Source: an uncultured Candidatus Saccharibacteria bacterium
GTDB lineage: Bacteria; Patescibacteriota; Minisyncoccia; Phycocordibacterales; CAIZIN01
Direction of reading: 5' to 3'
Assembly (NCBI GenBank): GCA_964615805.1
Contig: CAZTQI010000001.1
Span: forward strand, 1 to 27,388
Length of the DNA: 27,388 nucleotides
Under the pieces are notes generated by a model. The model ran no database searches. It saw only the letters and a program-made list of their open reading frames with translations, and was not told where the DNA came from. The position numbers and the translations under genes were made by a program. Of the stretch, positions 23,881 through 27,388 are shown in pieces; the stretch's first letter is position 1; the number at the start of each line of letters is the position of its first letter.

Positions 23881-26643
23881 TTACTTCTTCGCCTTCTTCA
23901 CTACCTTCTTTGCAGGTGAAGTTTTCGCTGTTGCTTCGTCATCCAATGCTGCCTGAGCTGCTGCAAGCCTTGCCACAGGAACTCGATATGGTGAGCAACT
24001 TACATAAGTAAGTCCAAGCTTGTGACAGAATCGAACTGAAGCAGGGTCGCCTCCGTGTTCTCCACAGATTCCCATCTTCATTCCTGGTCGTGTTGTATTT
24101 CCCTTTCCAACTGCGATTTTCATAAGCTCTCCCACTCCAGTCTGATCAATTGAAGCAAATGGGTTCTGCTTAATGATTTCACTTTCTTGATATGCGGGGA
24201 TAAATGAACCAGCGTCGTCTCGACTCATACCCAAACATGTTTGTGTTAAGTCATTTGTTCCAAAACTAAAGAATTGTGCAGTTTGAGCAATTTCATCTGC
24301 TGTAATTGCTCCTCGAGGAATTTCAATCATTGTCCCCAACATGTAATCAATCTTTACTTTTTTTTCTTTCATCACTTCTTTTGCAATTCGGTGAACAACT
24401 TCTACCTGAAGATCAAGCTCCTTTTTAAATCCAACAAGAGGAATCATGATTTCAGGCTTTACCTTTATTCCAGCTTTCTGCACTTCCACAGCTGCTTCAA
24501 AAACAGCTCGCGCCTGCATCTCTGAAATTTCTGGGTGAACAATACCTAGCCTACAACCTCGGAAGCCAAGCATTGGGTTGAATTCATGAAGCTCTGCAAT
24601 TCGCTGTTTGATCTTATCAACTGAAATATTCATTTTCACAGCTAAATCTTTTTGAGCTTTATCTTCGTGAGGAAGGAATTCATGTAGAGGTGGATCGAGG
24701 AATCGGATAGTTGCCGGGAAGCCTTTCAAAGCTTTGAAGATTCCTGCGAAGTCTGCTTTCTGATATGGAAGAAGTTTTGCTAATGCTTTCTTTCTGTCAT
24801 CAATATTATCTGCAAGAATCATTTCTCGCATAGCGTCGATTCTATTTCCTTCGAAAAACATATGCTCTGTTCGCACAAGCCCCACACCAGTAGCACCAAA
24901 TGACAAAGCATTTTCTACTTGCTCTGGAGTATCGGCATTTGTTCGAACTTGTAGTTTTGTTGCTTTTGCACACCAATCCATAAGTGTCTTGTACATCTGA
25001 TATGTCTTACTGTCTTTTGGATCAAGAGTTTTACTCACCAAAACCTGCACGATTTCTGATGGGGCAGTTTTGATTGCTCCAGCATAAACTGTTCCTAATG
25101 TTCCGTTGATTGAGATAAAATCTCCTTCCTTAAATGTTGTATCTCCAGCCTTTAATGTTTTCTTATCATAATCAATTTGCAAAGCAGAAACTCCACAAAC
25201 ACAAACTTTACCCATTTGTCTTGCAACCAAAGCTGCATGTGAAGAAACTCCACCTTTCGCTGTAAGAATACCTTCTGCGGCAATCATTCCTCGCAAGTCC
25301 TCTGGTGTTGTCTCTGCTCGCACAAGCAAAACTTTTTCACCTTTTGCTTCTGCAATAACTGCTCGCTCTGCTGAGAAATAAATTTTTCCTGATGCTGCGC
25401 CTGGACCTGCCGGCAAACCTTTTGCAATAACTTTTGCATTCTTTTCTGCCTTTGTATCAAAGATAGGAGCGAGAAGCTGATCAAGCTGTTCTGCCGGATT
25501 TCGCTTTACCGCTGTTTTCCAATCAATAATTTTTTCTCTCACCATGTCCATAGAAATTTTCAAAGCCGCCATAGCTGTTCTCTTTCCATTTCGAGTTTGA
25601 AGAATGAAAACTTTTCCATCTTGAATTGTGAACTCTAGATCTTGCACATCTTTAAAGTGAGTTTCGAGAGTATTTCGAATTTTATTTAATTCCTTGAAAG
25701 CTTCTGGCATATAATTTACAAGATTTGCAACTGGCTCTGGTGTTCGCACTCCAGCCACCACATCTTCACCTTGTGCATTAATTAGGAATTCACCCCAGAA
25801 TTCTTTGTCTCCGTTTGCTGGGTTTCTTGTGAAGGCAACACCTGAACCAGATTTTGTTCCTGTATTTCCATACACCATGGCCTGCACATTCACAGCTGTT
25901 CCCCATTCTGTTGGAATATTATATTTTCGTCGATACACATTTGCTCGGTCGTTCATCCATGAACCAAACACTGCTCCAGTTGAACCCCAAAGTTGTTCCC
26001 AAGGATCCTGAGGAAAGGCTTTTCCTGTTCGCTTCTTGATCAAATCTTTAAATCGATTAACAAGTTTTTTCAAATCTTCTACAGTAAGAGCAGAGTCGTC
26101 GATATCTTTGTGATATATTTCATGCTTCAGTGTTTCAATCACAACTTCAAATGGCTCATGATCTTCACCTTCTCTCTTTTGCACTCCCATCACAACATCA
26201 CCATACATTTGAATGAATCTTCGGTAACAGTCCCAAGCGAATCGGTCATTGGCAGTTGCTTTAGCAAGAGCTTCCACAGTTAGGTCGTTTAGACCAAGGT
26301 TTAAAATAGTATCCATCATTCCTGGCATTGAGTCACGAGCACCAGATCGAACTGATACAAGTAGCGGAAGAGCGGATTTGTCTCCAAACTTTATTCCCAT
26401 GATTTTCTCAAGAGATGCAATACCAGCCTTCACTTCTGCTGTAAGGCTTTTTGGATATGTCTTCTTGTTGTCATAATAATATGTACAAACTTCTGTTGTA
26501 ATTGTAAAACCTGGAGGAACCGGCAAACCAATTCGGCTCATCTCAGCCAAGTTTGCACCTTTTCCACCTAGAAGTGGCTTCATGCTACCATTTCCATCAG
26601 CCTTTTTGTTTCCAAACAGATATACGTATTTTGTTGATTTCAT
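23881..26643 (-). CDS. ppdK: Pyruvate, phosphate dikinase
   Basis: [26 protein letters not shown], phospho-His motif [26 protein letters not shown] and [10 protein letters not shown]. Confidence 0.98.
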   Translation of the reverse strand: MKSTKYVYLFGNKKADGNGSMKPLLGGKGANLAEMSRIGLPVPPGFTITTEVCTYYYDNKKTYPKSLTAEVKAGIASLEKIMGIKFGDKSALPLLVSVRSGARDSMPGMMDTILNLGLNDLTVEALAKATANDRFAWDCYRRFIQMYGDVVMGVQKREGEDHEPFEVVIETLKHEIYHKDIDDSALTVEDLKKLVNRFKDLIKKRTGKAFPQDPWEQLWGSTGAVFGSWMNDRANVYRRKYNIPTEWGTAVNVQAMVYGNTGTKSGSGVAFTRNPANGDKEFWGEFLINAQGEDVVAGVRTPEPVANLVNYMPEAFKELNKIRNTLETHFKDVQDLEFTIQDGKVFILQTRNGKRTAMAALKISMDMVREKIIDWKTAVKRNPAEQLDQLLAPIFDTKAEKNAKVIAKGLPAGPGAASGKIYFSAERAVIAEAKGEKVLLVRAETTPEDLRGMIAAEGILTAKGGVSSHAALVARQMGKVCVCGVSALQIDYDKKTLKAGDTTFKEGDFISINGTLGTVYAGAIKTAPSEIVQVLVSKTLDPKDSKTYQMYKTLMDWCAKATKLQVRTNADTPEQVENALSFGATGVGLVRTEHMFFEGNRIDAMREMILADNIDDRKKALAKLLPYQKADFAGIFKALKGFPATIRFLDPPLHEFLPHEDKAQKDLAVKMNISVDKIKQRIAELHEFNPMLGFRGCRLGIVHPEISEMQARAVFEAAVEVQKAGIKVKPEIMIPLVGFKKELDLQVEVVHRIAKEVMKEKKVKIDYMLGTMIEIPRGAITADEIAQTAQFFSFGTNDLTQTCLGMSRDDAGSFIPAYQESEIIKQNPFASIDQTGVGELMKIAVGKGNTTRPGMKMGICGEHGGDPASVRFCHKLGLTYVSCSPYRVPVARLAAAQAALDDEATAKTSPAKKVVKKAKK

Positions 26644-26764
26644 ATATACTTTTTATCGATTTCTACCGCCGATTAACGGATTACTTTTAAAATGTCGCTG
26701 AATTTTAACATACTTCTATTAGAATATTAAGAGTAAAGTCTTTTTAGACAATATTTCAACCGTG

Positions 26765-26794
26765 TTGTCATTCCCACCTCCGCGGGTATGACAA
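26765..26794. repeat. Short REP-like palindrome
   Basis: TTGTCAT-TCCC-ACCTCCGC-GGGT-ATGACAA; same TGTCAT/ATGACA ends as the 23644-23812 element. Confidence 0.45.
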
Positions 26795-26802
26795 AATAAA
26801 AT

Positions 26803-26828
26803 ACGCCACGAGAATCTTCTCGTGGCGT
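26803..26828 (-). terminator. Terminator after the PRPP-synthetase-like gene
   Basis: ACGCCACGAGA-ATCT-TCTCGTGGCGT 11-bp stem, followed by ATTTTATTTT on the minus strand. Confidence 0.85.
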
Positions 26829-26842
26829 TTGAATTCAGAAAC

Positions 26843-27388
26843 TCAAGTAGTTTCTGATTGCGGAGTTAGGATCGCACTTACGATCAAACCAGAAACATCA
26901 ATGTTGGAATCCTCACGACTGATACTGTTTGTGAGATAAAGGTGACTGAACAATGTCTTCACTCGTTTGATTCCCTCCACAAGCACACCGTGTGTAATTA
27001 CTGCAACAGTCCCCTTTGCATTACACTCTTTGCAAGCTTCAGAGAACTTCACCAAAGTCCCACCAGTCTCAACGAGATCATCGACGACGGCAACTATCTT
27101 CCCCGCGACCTTTGACTGGAATTCTTCATCCCAATTAATTTCGACGTCGAAGGAATTATGACGGCTTTTACTTGTGCCTGTGAGCTGAGTACGTCTTTGA
27201 GAACCAGCATCCGGAGCCATAAAAATCACATCTGGATAATCACGCCGAACAGTAGAGTACAAAAGTGCACCAGCTGAAACTTGTACTATTGGATAATCAA
27301 ATATCCATGTTTGGTTTGAAAAGTGAGCATCGAGTACATAAACCTTCTCAACATTATAATAGTTCACGAGTTTTGATACTATATCTCG
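26843..27388 (-). CDS. Ribose-phosphate pyrophosphokinase-like phosphoribosyltransferase, 5'-truncated by the window edge
   Basis: APDAGSQRR, VVDDLVETGGTL, THGVL and LTNSI. The frame stays open from 27367 to the edge (RDIVSKL-VNYY), so the true start is outside the window. Confidence 0.8.
   Translation of the reverse strand, partial: RDIVSKLVNYYNVEKVYVLDAHFSNQTWIFDYPIVQVSAGALLYSTVRRDYPDVIFMAPDAGSQRRTQLTGTSKSRHNSFDVEINWDEEFQSKVAGKIVAVVDDLVETGGTLVKFSEACKECNAKGTVAVITHGVLVEGIKRVKTLFSHLYLTNSISREDSNIDVSGLIVSAILTPQSETT

Noticed and set aside
458-27161. The many 60-100-aa ORF-track entries overlapping longer genes (e.g. 458..718, 1183..1386, 7968..8267, 12617..12850, 22692..22922, 25993..26283)
   Set aside because: Antisense or alternate-frame shadows of well-supported CDSs, with no motifs or independent signals. 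The duplicate 1183..1386/8563..8766 only reflects the X duplication.
1-27388. tRNA, rRNA, transposase or integrase genes
   Set aside because: None recognised by eye. Intergenic gaps are short and explained by promoters and terminators. A tRNAscan/Infernal run would be needed to exclude small RNAs fully.

Overview
AT-rich bacterial window, standard genetic code 11. A CPR/Patescibacteria-like origin is inferred from gene families and promoter style, not proven. Bases 1 to ~20 kb are a patchwork accessory region of 1-4-gene modules, mostly on the minus strand. The right end is more ordinary: ABC-2 exporter trio, BRO-family gene, ppdK and a truncated PRPP-synthetase-like gene. Four main observations. 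(1) A promoter plus the first 21 codons (MNVNDIYTPLQEAKAELERRW) of an unknown 252-aa gene, here called X, recurs five times in direct orientation. Two copies are full genes (1082-1840, 8462-9220). Three are 27-35-aa stubs missed by the ORF track (3131-3214, 5038-5145, 11214-11315). Cargo modules lie between them, the pattern expected from repeated integration at a gene's 5' end, yet no integrase is in the window. (2) An unannotated 39-aa six-Cys/two-Trp peptide (6896-7015) lies directly behind a radical SAM/SPASM gene with an RRE-like domain, a candidate new RiPP. (3) Two unannotated, divergently transcribed 37-aa GGGG(G)D/acidic peptides (14186-14299, 14491-14604) each have their own promoter and terminator. 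They sit with an M16 peptidase and a GNAT inside a segment bounded by an exact 33-bp hairpin repeat, near an ATP-grasp enzyme and a methyltransferase. (4) The cargo is heavily biased to nucleotide and phosphate chemistry: four NUDIX, a divergent SAH-hydrolase homolog, a nucleotidyltransferase, a cytidylyltransferase, an NMP-kinase-like protein, a histidine phosphatase and a PPase. No rRNA, tRNA, CRISPR array, transposase or integrase was recognised. All alignments and counts were done by hand.
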